DNA of 64,000 nt from a virus (IMGVR_UViG_3300028887_000067:128001-192000), one strand, 5' to 3'. Numbered from the stretch's first letter, positions 19,622 through 29,471 are shown. Numbers and translations: made by a program. Notes: generated by a model not told the origin, from the letters alone.

Positions 19622-20047
19622 ATGTCTTGTTGCAGTGATGCGGCGGTCATCAACGGCGGTTATACCCCGTTGAGTCAGCGACTGCTCGAATACGGTATGG
19701 ACGCCTACAGTGACCTCGCGCCGAACAGGCAACGGGTCATTATGTGGGTATTCATATTCTACGACCAGAACGACCAGTGCCCCACTTGCAAGCAGGCCTT
19801 CGACGGCATGTTCTCGTGGTTCAACAAGTACCACTTGCTGGACGACCCCGTGAGATGCGTCCGGACCGTCGTCGAGCCGGAGCCGGAAAAGAACCTGATC
19901 TTCGTTGACAGGGGCTCGCGGAAGCTGCCGATGGTATTGTTCTGCAACGAGAAGGGAATGATTTTTGACGAACTGTTCGAGTTCCCAGGGGCGAAATGGC
20001 TCGAGGAATACATCTTGCCGTATATCCAAAATGATGGACGTTTGTGA
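19622..20047 (+). CDS. Thioredoxin-fold protein
   Basis: FIFYDQNDQCPTC motif and a KLPMVLF cis-Pro-like motif. Confidence 0.7.
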   Translation: MSCCSDAAVINGGYTPLSQRLLEYGMDAYSDLAPNRQRVIMWVFIFYDQNDQCPTCKQAFDGMFSWFNKYHLLDDPVRCVRTVVEPEPEKNLIFVDRGSRKLPMVLFCNEKGMIFDELFEFPGAKWLEEYILPYIQNDGRL

Positions 20048-21093
20048 TGGAGAACAAGAATACTATTTATATCATGGGTTACAGCCTTGACGCGGTCATC
20101 GAGGCCGTTCGACGTAAGATGAACGGCGACTCGGTTCATTTCCTAGCCACGGCCCATCTGGGCGAACCGCTCGACCGGTTCAACGATATGCTGTCGGCCA
20201 GGACGGTCGCGTTACTTAACGTCATTTCGCCCGTTAAGGTCGAGTACAAGGAATATCATAATCCACGGTTTCTCTACATTCCTTACGACAAGGTCCGCAT
20301 CAAGAACACCAACAACGGCATCATCCAGTTCCCGCTCAACAAGAACTCGTTCGAGGACGAGGCCGAGTGGAAGGGCATCTGCGACGCCTTCAACAAGGAG
20401 CCGGTGAGCTCCGTGCTTGCCGACAAGGGTAACCTTCCCTCCAAGCTGGTTAGCGCGATGAAGGCCAATATGCCCGTAGCCTTTGTCGATACCTTCTGCA
20501 AGGCGATGGGCATGACCAGGTGGCGCGGGATTCAGCTTTCGCACCTGACTATGATTGGCTTCCACTACGAATACCCGTTCTCCTTCCTATGTACCGACTA
20601 TACCGAGACATTCTACAGGCCGAACATGAGTTACGAGGAAATGTGTAACGGCATGCTCGCATCGCTCGGGATTCCTATTACCTATGTCAACGCGAAGGCC
20701 TGTTCCAGCATGATTCTGGATAGGAAGTTCACCGACCCCCTCATCATAATGGACAACAGGGTCGACGCCTACCTCAATTACATATGTGGCCGGTTTGACC
20801 GCATCCGCATGTTGTCGGAACAGGTCAAGATGCCGCCACAGCTTGCGACCGGCCGTAACGGCCTCTACTACACTCCGTACAGCACCGATTTCTGGGGAGT
20901 GATAATCATCGACGACAAGGCGTTCAAGCTCACATCGGAACTCGTGACTACTCTGTATGACACGTTCCTGTCCGAAATTCCGCTGAGTCGCACAAACGCC
21001 AAGATGTACAACCAGTACGAGACGATGGTCAAATTCTACGGCCAAAACAAAACGCTGGACGTTCGCCAGCGCGTAGAAACAATGGTGAAATAA
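20047..21093 (+). CDS. Divergent UDP-galactopyranose mutase (Glf)-like protein
   Basis: FPLNKNSF, YRPNMSYEEMCNGML and VDAYLNYICGRF parallel Glf motifs; the GxGxxG FAD motif is degenerate (IMGYSLD). Confidence 0.45.
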   Translation: MENKNTIYIMGYSLDAVIEAVRRKMNGDSVHFLATAHLGEPLDRFNDMLSARTVALLNVISPVKVEYKEYHNPRFLYIPYDKVRIKNTNNGIIQFPLNKNSFEDEAEWKGICDAFNKEPVSSVLADKGNLPSKLVSAMKANMPVAFVDTFCKAMGMTRWRGIQLSHLTMIGFHYEYPFSFLCTDYTETFYRPNMSYEEMCNGMLASLGIPITYVNAKACSSMILDRKFTDPLIIMDNRVDAYLNYICGRFDRIRMLSEQVKMPPQLATGRNGLYYTPYSTDFWGVIIIDDKAFKLTSELVTTLYDTFLSEIPLSRTNAKMYNQYETMVKFYGQNKTLDVRQRVETMVK

Positions 21094-22107
21094 TTAGTCG
21101 TCCTTCTTCTTGAAGCTCCGGAGCCCGTACTCGTTGTAATAATCGGACGGGTCGAACGTCTCGTACGTGTACGCCTTCGCCGTGTACTGGAGTTGCTTGT
21201 AGCTGTCCTCGTAGAAGGATTTTCTGTACGTGTTCATGTTCGTGTTCGGGTCCATTGCGTTCTGGTCGGATCCGTCCCTCGTGTTGTCGCGCAAGTACCG
21301 CAACTGATTCTTGAAAGACCCGTGGAAGGCGTTTGGGTAGCTGAACCCCACGGTGAACTTGCATGGATTCGTCTCGCTGAAGCTCACCGTAACATCGGGA
21401 GAGTTCTTCAAGACGGCCGAATTGAACTCGAACATCTGGTTCAGCGCGATGTCGGTTACGAACGGGTTGCTTTCCGTTGCGTAGGCCCCGTTGCCGCTCC
21501 GCTGCATCGTGGTGGATTCCGAATACACGTCCACGGCGACGTTGATCTTGTGCCAGGTGCTACGAGCCTTCAACACCAGCGGACTGAACTGCACGTTGAA
21601 TAGTGCGTTAAAAAACTGGTACCACATCATATACGGGTCATCGACTATCGAGAGATTCAGCACTTTCGGGCCTTCGTCGCCGTTGACCAACGGGTACTTC
21701 ATTTGCTTCGTCGTGTCGATGCCGCCGTAGTTCACAATCTTTGCCGTGTTGCCGATAATCTTCGCCGACTCGCAGGCCCAGTACATGTTGAGAACCTTGT
21801 TGTTTCGGTCATAGAACAGGTCGAGCCAGTCGTTGAACGCGTATTTCCAGTGAAGGTCGCCCGTGCCGTGGAATGTCTTCGTCGAAGATATGTTGTACTT
21901 GTCGGCATAGGCGTTTCTGTCCATGACGCGCAACGCCTCCGAGACATAATCGCCCCAGAAGCCGACGCAGTATTTGTTCAGAAGGTGTCCACGTGCGGAC
22001 GCGTAGAACTTTTCCATATAGTAGGAGAGGTAGGATTCGCCCGACACGTCGCGACGGGCCGTATCACCGAGCCCGGATGCAGTCCCGTTCATGTAGTTCG
22101 TCGGCAT
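21094..22107 (-). CDS. Tube-fold baseplate protein (gp48/gp54-like)
   Basis: LSIVDDPYMMWYQFF and FEFNSAVL..V.FS..CKFTVGFSY match tube-like folds. Confidence 0.5.
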   Translation of the reverse strand: MPTNYMNGTASGLGDTARRDVSGESYLSYYMEKFYASARGHLLNKYCVGFWGDYVSEALRVMDRNAYADKYNISSTKTFHGTGDLHWKYAFNDWLDLFYDRNNKVLNMYWACESAKIIGNTAKIVNYGGIDTTKQMKYPLVNGDEGPKVLNLSIVDDPYMMWYQFFNALFNVQFSPLVLKARSTWHKINVAVDVYSESTTMQRSGNGAYATESNPFVTDIALNQMFEFNSAVLKNSPDVTVSFSETNPCKFTVGFSYPNAFHGSFKNQLRYLRDNTRDGSDQNAMDPNTNMNTYRKSFYEDSYKQLQYTAKAYTYETFDPSDYYNEYGLRSFKKKDD

Positions 22108-22116
22108 ATCCTATCC

Positions 22117-22812
22117 TCACTTGTCGTAATAACTGTCTGACCCGTACGACACACAAATCGCGTCCATCAGTTCGTTCGGGTCCGGAAGCCTGATGAGGCG
22201 CCTGTCCTCGAACTTTATCGTCAGGTTGAAAGGCACCGTCTGCAGGACACCCGGCTTGAACTTGAGCGGCCCGATCGCCGTGAAATGGCAACGTTCCAGA
22301 CGGACAATCATATACTCCTGCGCGACGTCGTCGGCTAGGTGCATATCGATCCACTGGACATACGTGAGCCTGTTGCGGTAACGCTTGTCGTAGCCGTAGA
22401 CCCTGTGGTTACGGTCTTTGACGGGGTCGGCGTCGGTCTGTCCGCTCTGGACGGTCTCCATGTACCGGTTGATTCCCCAGTAGTTCTCGTAGTGGTTGTC
22501 GGTCAGCATGGTGACGGAAATCGTCTCGTCGTACTGGTTGTCTTCCTGCGTCGGGATGTAGGTCACGAACTTGTAGTGGCCTTCCCTTTGTAGGGAACAC
22601 TGGAGGCCGGGGCAGTACCAGTCCTGGATGTTGGCGTTGATGGTTTCCTGGGCGTCGGTGGTGTACGGGTCGGTTACGCTCTTGCGCCCCTCCTCGTAGT
22701 TTACGGGAAGTTCCGATATGCGCAGACGGCCGAACCCCTGATGCACGGGCACGGGGTTTCTTGCCAGCCGTCTGGCGTGTTGCTGGAGCTCTTCTAGTGC
22801 GCCCTGCGCCAT
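22117..22812 (-). CDS. Tube-fold protein (gp3/gp54/gp19-like)
   Basis: YDETISVTMLTDNHYENY and IVRLERCHFTAIGPLKF..FNLTIKF. Confidence 0.55.
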   Translation of the reverse strand: MAQGALEELQQHARRLARNPVPVHQGFGRLRISELPVNYEEGRKSVTDPYTTDAQETINANIQDWYCPGLQCSLQREGHYKFVTYIPTQEDNQYDETISVTMLTDNHYENYWGINRYMETVQSGQTDADPVKDRNHRVYGYDKRYRNRLTYVQWIDMHLADDVAQEYMIVRLERCHFTAIGPLKFKPGVLQTVPFNLTIKFEDRRLIRLPDPNELMDAICVSYGSDSYYDK

Positions 22813-22824
22813 GATGGGCCCCGC

Positions 22825-23652
22825 TTACTTGGCGGTTTCGAGTTTCTTCGGCTTGACCGCGCCTGACTTGTCGGGAAGTGTATTGCCCTTGGACGGGATG
22901 GCGTCCTTCACGACGACCTTTGTACCCGGTAGCTCGGGCATCTTGGTCGGCGCCTTGTCCTTCACGACGACGGTCGCGCCGGACATGTCGATAATCTTTG
23001 GCTTCTTGTCGATCTTGCCGAGCCCGTCCTTCGGCTTCACGGCGCCGGTCTTGTCCGGCAGCTTGTTGTCCTTGGACGGGATGGCGTCCTTCACGACGAC
23101 GGTCGTACCGGACATGTCGACAATCTTCGGCTTCTTGTCGATCTTGCCGAGGCCGTCCTTCGGCTCAACGGCGCCGGTCTTGTCCGGCAGCTTGGTGGCC
23201 GAGGTCTTTGCCATCTCGCGGAACAGGCCCAGTTCCTCGGTGGTCGAGGTGGTCTTTCCGTTGATGCCGGTCACCTTCGTGGTCTGCAGTGCCTTGATGG
23301 CGCTCGCAACCTTTTCCGGAGTCGGGATCTTGTCGCCGTTCTTCACCTCGAGACGCCCGAACTTGTCGCCGTCGCCGGTGTTGGCGCTCGCCTTGCTCTT
23401 CATGTTGCTCTTGAAGTCGTCCCACGCCGTGATAACGTCGGATGCGCGGAAATCGTTCTTGGGCTTCACGACGCCGGTCTTGTCGGAAACGACGTTGGAG
23501 TTCTTCTTGGCCTTGGCCTCGGTAAGCGGCTGGCAGAACGGGAAGATGTCGTGGACACCTATTGTGTTGTCAGTCTTGCTCGGTTGTTTCTTGGCCTCCA
23601 AGATGACCTTTGCAAGCTCGGTTTCGTTGGGCAAATCAAACATATCGTACAT
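22825..23652 (-). CDS. Lys-rich repeat protein, putative internal head protein
   Basis: 43-aa (129-bp) internal repeats KLPDKTGAV.PKDGLGKIDKKPKI.DMSG.TVVVKD; upstream TATAAACTA motif. Confidence 0.7.
   Translation of the reverse strand: MYDMFDLPNETELAKVILEAKKQPSKTDNTIGVHDIFPFCQPLTEAKAKKNSNVVSDKTGVVKPKNDFRASDVITAWDDFKSNMKSKASANTGDGDKFGRLEVKNGDKIPTPEKVASAIKALQTTKVTGINGKTTSTTEELGLFREMAKTSATKLPDKTGAVEPKDGLGKIDKKPKIVDMSGTTVVVKDAIPSKDNKLPDKTGAVKPKDGLGKIDKKPKIIDMSGATVVVKDKAPTKMPELPGTKVVVKDAIPSKGNTLPDKSGAVKPKKLETAK
22850..23200 (-). repeat. 129-bp tandem repeat (about 2.5 copies) within the CDS
   Basis: GGACATGTCG recurs at 22981 and 23110 with near-identical flanks. Confidence 0.85.
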
Positions 23653-23736
23653 GGTTGACCTTTATAGTGCTTTACCTCCTAGTTTATATCGAGGTTTGTC
23701 TGTTTAAAGTCATAAACTACGGGCAGAGGTCTACCG

Positions 23737-24840
23737 ATGAAAGCCAAGAAAGTAGCGGGAATCCGTCTTATCAACTATATCAATGCTGGGATAACGTGGG
23801 ATTCCCATAAGGACATCATACTTGATTTCTGGATCCTCAACAAGTGTCGCGAGGACGGGTTTGCCCCGCACGACTTCGACGGCATATCCCGTGTGGTCGA
23901 CCTGCCTACCGTGGCACAGAAGAAGTTTGCCGAGTGGTTCGCCAAGTACGACTTCCAGAATGAAGACCCGCAATGGATAAGCTTTGTAAACGGCACGCTT
24001 AACTTATTTTACCACACGTCGGAACCTCGCGAAGAGGAAGACGGCGAATGGTACATCGAGCTGATGCAGTCCGAGTTGGAGGCGCGTACAATCTGCGAGA
24101 CGCAGGTGTACCACGGGCTCCCGAACCTCAATACGTTCTGGAAAGTTGACACTAACTCGAAGACCGAGGAAGTCGGTGGACGCCGTAATGGCTACATCTA
24201 CACCGTGAAGCTGAAGGAACTTAGCCCGGTCGACACGAAGAATTTCTACTGGGGCGTCGTGTTTCAGTGCGACGAGACCGTTAGCCTGGCGTATAATGAC
24301 CACGGGGAGACCAAGCGCAAGTGCATCAACTGGGCCGCGAACGCGGAACACATGACACTGGTGCAGGTGAACGCCGACGGGCGACTGAAGATTGTGCCGG
24401 TGAAGGTTCCGGGCAAGTCATGGCGTGCCGACCGAAACGTACCCGAGGGTATCGTCAATATGAACCCTATGTCCCCGTCGGCTCTCCACAGCTATATCGT
24501 TGCGCACTATGATAACTTGTACGGCGTGTGGGATAGAATCGACGAGGTCGTGAAGACTGCCCGTGAAAACACCACGGCCCGTATTAACGCGCTCAACACG
24601 ATGAACGACGAAGAGGTCAAGGTGTCCAAGGTAATCGGCAATCTGGACAAGTTCATCAAGGAAGGTAACGTCACCCCCGAGCGACTGGAATACAACAAGG
24701 AAGTGCGAAAGGCGCTGCTGAAGAAGTTGCGCATTCGGGACAAGGAAGAAAAGAAGGAACTGCGCGACATCGTCAAGGCGGAGAAGCGCAAGGAAGAGGC
24801 GAAGCACAACAAGTTCCACGTCTCAAGTCAGCTGACATAA
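23737..24840 (+). CDS. Hypothetical protein with a charged C-terminal coil
   Basis: 367-aa ORF with a GAGG RBS and an upstream CATAAACTA motif. Confidence 0.75.
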   Translation: MKAKKVAGIRLINYINAGITWDSHKDIILDFWILNKCREDGFAPHDFDGISRVVDLPTVAQKKFAEWFAKYDFQNEDPQWISFVNGTLNLFYHTSEPREEEDGEWYIELMQSELEARTICETQVYHGLPNLNTFWKVDTNSKTEEVGGRRNGYIYTVKLKELSPVDTKNFYWGVVFQCDETVSLAYNDHGETKRKCINWAANAEHMTLVQVNADGRLKIVPVKVPGKSWRADRNVPEGIVNMNPMSPSALHSYIVAHYDNLYGVWDRIDEVVKTARENTTARINALNTMNDEEVKVSKVIGNLDKFIKEGNVTPERLEYNKEVRKALLKKLRIRDKEEKKELRDIVKAEKRKEEAKHNKFHVSSQLT

Positions 24841-24868
24841 GAAAAGGCGGTCATCGGCCGCCTCTTTC
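24841..24868. terminator. Terminator between convergent genes
   Basis: AAAAGGCGGTC-ATC-GGCCGCCTCTTT. Confidence 0.7.
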
Positions 24869-24869
24869 G

Positions 24870-25253
24870 TTAAATGATATCTTCCGGCAACGGTTCGTCG
24901 GGAAGCGGTGGTTCGCCGTCTCCCGGTAGGTTTGCGAAGTCGTCCTCCTTGGGAAGGTCGATCGCCATCGGCTTTAGTTTGGCGACGTCTTTCGCCACGG
25001 CGTTAACGATTTCGTCCTCCTGTTCAGGGAGCGAGTTGTCCCCGTCTATTCCCGCCTTCGCCGCAAGGCCGACAACCTTGGTTCCATCGTCGACCTCGTT
25101 GGGATTCTCGCCGACGGTCGCCTTGAGGCGTGCTACCGCGTCCTTGCTGTCCGGCTGGCCGAAAACGGCCTCGTGTATGCAGATTACGGCGTCGCGCATT
25201 TTCGGGCTTATGGTGTCGAGGACGGGCCGGAGTTCTTCGAGAGATACGTACAT
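24870..25253 (-). CDS. Acidic hypothetical protein
   Basis: 127-aa ORF with a GGAGG RBS. Confidence 0.75.
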   Translation of the reverse strand: MYVSLEELRPVLDTISPKMRDAVICIHEAVFGQPDSKDAVARLKATVGENPNEVDDGTKVVGLAAKAGIDGDNSLPEQEDEIVNAVAKDVAKLKPMAIDLPKEDDFANLPGDGEPPLPDEPLPEDII

Positions 25254-25265
25254 GGTCGCCTCCGT

Positions 25266-25538
25266 CTAGATGAACCTGGTGATGTTCGGATTTTGACAGA
25301 TAATGGCAGCGGAGAGCTTCTTGGCCGTCTTTTTCCTGATGCGCACCCGCTTCTTCTTTACCGGAGTGGGGGCCTGCGGTGGCGCCTGCACGGCAGGCTC
25401 CTTGACGACCTTCTTCTCGGCCGGTGCTTCCACCGCCTCGACGGGCGTCTCGTTTTCTTGAATGTCTGTGGACGGGGCGGCGAACAGGGCGTCGTCGAGC
25501 TCGTCGGTGTCGATGGAATTGATTTTTTTCTTTGCCAT
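25266..25538 (-). CDS. Small hypothetical protein (acidic then basic)
   Basis: 90-aa ORF; GATAAACTA ends 5 nt before the ATG. Confidence 0.7.
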   Translation of the reverse strand: MAKKKINSIDTDELDDALFAAPSTDIQENETPVEAVEAPAEKKVVKEPAVQAPPQAPTPVKKKRVRIRKKTAKKLSAAIICQNPNITRFI

Positions 25539-25641
25539 GCCCGTAGTTTATCAATTATTTTCTTTAAAATAGTTCCGACTCGGAACGGAATGGACTAATT
25601 TCCTTATTACTGAAGAAAAAATCCTATAGGAGAAAAACCCC

Positions 25642-26208
25642 ATGAGCACAGTTCTCACCATAATCCTTATCGCGGTGGCTGTCGCGCTGGTAATCTACGG
25701 CGCGAAGGCACTGTTTTTCAAGCCGAAGGCTAACGACTTCGTCAGCGTCGACATGTCCACAACCAACACACAGGTCGTCGAAGACGTCCCCGCCGTCACC
25801 GAGCCGGAAATTCCGGTTGTCGAGGCGGACATTGGTTGCACACCCGCTCCCGTTACTGATGATCCCGTTGCCACGGAAGCGGCGCCGGAGACTGCGGTAA
25901 CGGAAGAAGTGGCGAATACTACCGACAGTGTCGAAACTGTCGACGCCCCGATTGGTGACGCCGCCCCTGAAGTGCAGGCCGCCCCTGAAGTGCAGGTCGC
26001 GCCGGCTCCGGTCAAGGCCAAGCGTACCAAGAAGGCCGATACGAAGAAGGCCAAGAAGTCCAAGTTGAAGAAGGCCGAACTCGGCGAAGTCGGCGTGTTC
26101 CTTGCCGGACTCGACAAGACTTCCACCAAGCGTCCCCGCAAGGCTACCAAGAAGGCCAACGTCAAGAAGGCCGACAAGAAGCCTGCCAAGCGCAATAAAA
26201 AGGCCTAG
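25642..26208 (+). CDS. Membrane-anchored protein with an acidic linker and histone H1-like Lys/Ala tail
   Basis: N-terminal TM helix VLTIILIAVAVALVIYG; C-terminus KAKRTKKADTKKAKK..KKPAKRNKKA; AGGAG RBS. Confidence 0.8.
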   Translation: MSTVLTIILIAVAVALVIYGAKALFFKPKANDFVSVDMSTTNTQVVEDVPAVTEPEIPVVEADIGCTPAPVTDDPVATEAAPETAVTEEVANTTDSVETVDAPIGDAAPEVQAAPEVQVAPAPVKAKRTKKADTKKAKKSKLKKAELGEVGVFLAGLDKTSTKRPRKATKKANVKKADKKPAKRNKKA

Positions 26209-26255
26209 CCGTTCATTGGCTAGGTCCCGAACCGCTGCCACGCGCAGCGGTTTTG

Positions 26256-26474
26256 TCATTTGTAGCGGTAGGTGATACGTCCCCTGCTCAGGTCGTATGG
26301 CGTGAGCTCGACTATTACCTTGTCGTTCGTCATCACGCGGATGAAATGTTTTTCCATCTTGCCCGATATTCGGGCTATCAGCGTATGCCCGTTGGCCAGC
26401 TCGACCGTGAAGAACCCGTTGCCGCGTTCCTCGACCACGATCCCGTCGACCTGTATGCCAGCTTCCTTAGCCAT
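26256..26474 (-). CDS. infA: Translation initiation factor IF-1
   Basis: [50 protein letters not shown] is the IF-1 signature. Confidence 0.96.
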   Translation of the reverse strand: MAKEAGIQVDGIVVEERGNGFFTVELANGHTLIARISGKMEKHFIRVMTNDKVIVELTPYDLSRGRITYRYK

Positions 26475-26811
26475 CTTTCTCCTTCTTGGTTATGCCGGCG
26501 AGCAGTGACTTGATGTAGTCTTCCACGAAAATGAACTCATGGTTGATGCTGGACACGTTGCCGTTCAGCTTCGCGTATAGGAGCACGCTGGTCCGGTTAC
26601 GATACACGTTGCAGGATTGCCTGTCGTGCGAGACCCGGATGGTGACCACATAGTCCGAATAGTCGTAGCCGGGGCCAGTCTTGCAGCCAAGAACGGGCAC
26701 GGACCGCGAATACTTGGTGAGCTTCTCGGCAGCTTCGTTGACCAGCTTCGCGAACGCGAACTGGTCCATGGTGAGCGCCAGCGATGTGAAATCCTTGTTC
26801 ATGCTTGCCAT
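26467..26811 (-). CDS. Hypothetical protein, overlapping and upstream of infA
   Basis: 114-aa ORF; GATAAACTG lies just upstream. Confidence 0.7.
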   Translation of the reverse strand: MASMNKDFTSLALTMDQFAFAKLVNEAAEKLTKYSRSVPVLGCKTGPGYDYSDYVVTIRVSHDRQSCNVYRNRTSVLLYAKLNGNVSSINHEFIFVEDYIKSLLAGITKKEKDG

Positions 26812-26840
26812 AATCCGCAGTTTATCGTGTAAACAAAAAT

Positions 26841-26869
26841 TTGCATTTCAAATTGGCCGGAATTATATT
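26841..26869 (+). promoter_or_regulatory. Sigma70-type promoter for the sigma factor gene
   Basis: TTGCAT-N17-TATATT. Confidence 0.65.
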
Positions 26870-26896
26870 TATCGCAACCCCACATAGGTGTAGTGG

Positions 26897-27709
26897 ATGA
26901 AGACCTATGAAGAAGACCCTTCTACAAAGAAAATCATTGAGGAGACCCTGAAATACAAGATTCTCGGCAAGAGCGCCGAGATGAAGCTATTCAAGGAATA
27001 CTATTCCCCCACGACAAACGAGGCGAGGCGACAGGAGATAAAGGTCGCCATCGTCCAGTCCAACCTCAGGTTCGTCCTTGCCGTGGCCAGGGCCTACAAG
27101 AAGTCGACCGGGTTGCCGATCAACGACTTTTATTCCGAGGGGAAGCTCGGCGTCCTCGAGGCGTTCAACAAGTACGACTACCGCAGTGGTACCAAGTTCG
27201 GCTCCTTCGCCGTGTTCGAGGTGAGGCGTCACATGGACCTCATAGTCCACAACAGCGACCAGGTATACGTCCCCGTGAGGCTCAGGAAGCGGGTGCTGGC
27301 GAGCAAGAAGCGCGGCGAGAGCGTCGACGGCATACGGTATGGCAGGCTTGCCGACAACGCCGTCTCTGAACCCGCCTCGATAGAGACCAGCGTCCTCGCC
27401 TTCCCCTCGTCACCCGCCCCGCTCGTTCTTGGCGACACGCTCAAATCGTCCGATTCGACCGACGTGGGGGTCATAGATAGCGACCGGGTGGCTAAGCTAA
27501 AAAATATACTGGATGACACTCTCACGCCGGAAGAAAGTAATTTACTTCGCAGACTGTATGGTTTGGACGGCTATGAGGACACGGTCAGCGAGATTTCCTC
27601 TGCGAGACACATGAGCAAGGAAGTCATACGCCGGGCGAAGAACCGAGCGTTGAGTAAGCTACGGGATGTTCCAGCTGTCGCCGAACTGCGCGATTCGCTG
27701 GATGGATGA
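26897..27709 (+). CDS. Sigma70-family RNA polymerase sigma factor (RpoD/RpoS-like regions 2 and 4)
   Basis: IVQSNLRFVLAVARAY, DFYSEGKLGVLEAFNKYDY..GTKFGSFA, LTPEE..L..LYGL..SKEVIRRAKNRALSKLR. Confidence 0.93.
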   Translation: MKTYEEDPSTKKIIEETLKYKILGKSAEMKLFKEYYSPTTNEARRQEIKVAIVQSNLRFVLAVARAYKKSTGLPINDFYSEGKLGVLEAFNKYDYRSGTKFGSFAVFEVRRHMDLIVHNSDQVYVPVRLRKRVLASKKRGESVDGIRYGRLADNAVSEPASIETSVLAFPSSPAPLVLGDTLKSSDSTDVGVIDSDRVAKLKNILDDTLTPEESNLLRRLYGLDGYEDTVSEISSARHMSKEVIRRAKNRALSKLRDVPAVAELRDSLDG

Positions 27710-28587
27710 TGAGTTTCATAAAGAACATAGCAGCACGGATTTTTGGCCGAAAGAACGATGATACAGTCGAAGTACAACATATCAAAAGCAGGTCCCCTAT
27801 GGCAGAAGATGATTTCGGATCGACTATAATTTTCAACAACGGTGTACCGGACACCAATGTCACCCTCGGTACTACCGGCGAGGGAGAGCGGGTTTCCTCG
27901 GCCGCCATCATGCGTACGCAACGGGAGACCGAAATGATTAACCAGAACAACCGCATCGGTGGAAGGGGCGTCGGGCTCAATACGATGGCGCAACAGCCTC
28001 CCCCGAACCAGCAGTTTGCTGGAAATTACGCGCTCCAGCAACCGCCACCGAATGGCTACGCCCAGCCGGTCCAGCCAGTCCAGCAACCGCCGTATTACCA
28101 GCAACAACCTGTGCAGATGGCGGCACCGCCTCCACCGCAGGGGACGCCGGTGCCTATCCAGGGCGTGGCTCCGCAACAGGGTTCTACAACGTACCTCGAG
28201 GAACCGTTCTCCGAGCTCGCCATGACCGACGACCTGTGTCACGTCATCGTCGACCTTCCGGGCGTGCGCAAGGAGGACACCAAGGTCGTCCTCACGCAGA
28301 ACAATGAGATTGCCATCACCTTCACCAGGAAGACGTTCGTGAGCAAGCTGTCCGCCGAACTGCGGAACGCCAAGAAGAACGCCTCGGCGGGTAAGTCCCG
28401 TGCCAAGACGAAGGTCGTGTCGCAGGTGAATATACCCGACTATATTCTCGGTACCCATACGGTCATCTACCCGATTCCTCGTCCCGTCGACGACGACAAT
28501 ATGAAGTGTACGTTCGAGAACGGGCAAGTACACGTGGTGCTTCCTTTCAGGACTCCTCCTGAAGGAAAGACCATATCCTTCGGTTAA
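27709..28587 (+). CDS. Hsp20/alpha-crystallin domain protein with a Q/P-rich disordered N-terminus
   Basis: VIVDLPGVRKED..VDDDNMKCTFENGQVHVVLP. Confidence 0.85.
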   Translation: MSFIKNIAARIFGRKNDDTVEVQHIKSRSPMAEDDFGSTIIFNNGVPDTNVTLGTTGEGERVSSAAIMRTQRETEMINQNNRIGGRGVGLNTMAQQPPPNQQFAGNYALQQPPPNGYAQPVQPVQQPPYYQQQPVQMAAPPPPQGTPVPIQGVAPQQGSTTYLEEPFSELAMTDDLCHVIVDLPGVRKEDTKVVLTQNNEIAITFTRKTFVSKLSAELRNAKKNASAGKSRAKTKVVSQVNIPDYILGTHTVIYPIPRPVDDDNMKCTFENGQVHVVLPFRTPPEGKTISFG

Positions 28588-28602
28588 CTTTTCCGAGAAC
28601 TC

Positions 28603-28631
28603 TTGACATGAAGCGGTGTTGAATGTATATT
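28603..28631 (+). promoter_or_regulatory. Early (host sigma70) promoter
   Basis: TTGACA-N17-TATATT upstream of the RNA ligase gene. Confidence 0.8.
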
Positions 28632-28664
28632 TAGCACCGATTTCTTATTAATAGCGAGGAAACA

Positions 28665-29471
28665 ATGGCACAATATCAAAAAATCAACACGATTTTTATG
28701 CGTGACGAAAGGAACGTCATTATGCCGTACCACGAGTTCGTCCGTCCGGAGCTGACCTATCTCCGCAGTTTGAAGTTCCGTGGCGAGGAAAAAATCGACG
28801 GCACGAATATCCGACTCGAGGTCGTAGGCACGCTTCGCGGTGACGAAGCTGCCGAGTTCAGCGTGTCCTACAAGGGCAAGTCAGAAAAGGCATCCATCCC
28901 GGCGAATCTGGACGAATACTTGAAGGCTACTTTCCCGCCGGAGAAAGTGCTCGCCTCCCTTAACCTGAAAGCCGTCATCCCCGTGTCCGAGTTTGCCGAA
29001 CATGAGTGGATCGACGGAAACGGCAACCCCGCTTTTGGCAAGGTGCCGACGTTGATCACTATTTACGGCGAAGGCTACGGGTCCAGGATCCAGAAGTGCG
29101 GCGGACGCTACATCAAGGATGGCGTGTCGTTCCGCGTGTTCGACGTCAAGGTCGGCGATTGGTACCTGCTCACCGAAGCCCGCGACGAGATTGCCGGCAA
29201 GCTCGGCGCCGAGACCACGCCGCTAATCGGCTACTTCACGCTGGACGAGGCGATCGACTTCGTCAGGAAGGGTTTCAAGTCCACCGTCGCCGAGGACAAG
29301 ACTCTCAATGCCGAGGGACTTGTGCTTCGTACTGACCTCGGTCTCCGTTCTCGCAACGGGGAGCGCATCATGACGAAGATCAAGACCTGCGACTTCGAGA
29401 AGTACCGCACCATATACGGGACGGACGAGCCGGTCGATCAGACGCCGAACAAGTTCATAACCGGCGAATAA
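28665..29471 (+). CDS. ATP-dependent RNA ligase (Rnl2-like nucleotidyltransferase)
   Basis: Motif I EKIDGTN, motif III YGEGYG, IIIa FRVFDV, IV AEGLVLR, V TKIK. Confidence 0.9.
   Translation: MAQYQKINTIFMRDERNVIMPYHEFVRPELTYLRSLKFRGEEKIDGTNIRLEVVGTLRGDEAAEFSVSYKGKSEKASIPANLDEYLKATFPPEKVLASLNLKAVIPVSEFAEHEWIDGNGNPAFGKVPTLITIYGEGYGSRIQKCGGRYIKDGVSFRVFDVKVGDWYLLTEARDEIAGKLGAETTPLIGYFTLDEAIDFVRKGFKSTVAEDKTLNAEGLVLRTDLGLRSRNGERIMTKIKTCDFEKYRTIYGTDEPVDQTPNKFITGE

Noticed and set aside
26203-26255. Double hairpin between convergent genes as a small RNA
   Set aside because: Adequately explained as terminators for the convergent genes.
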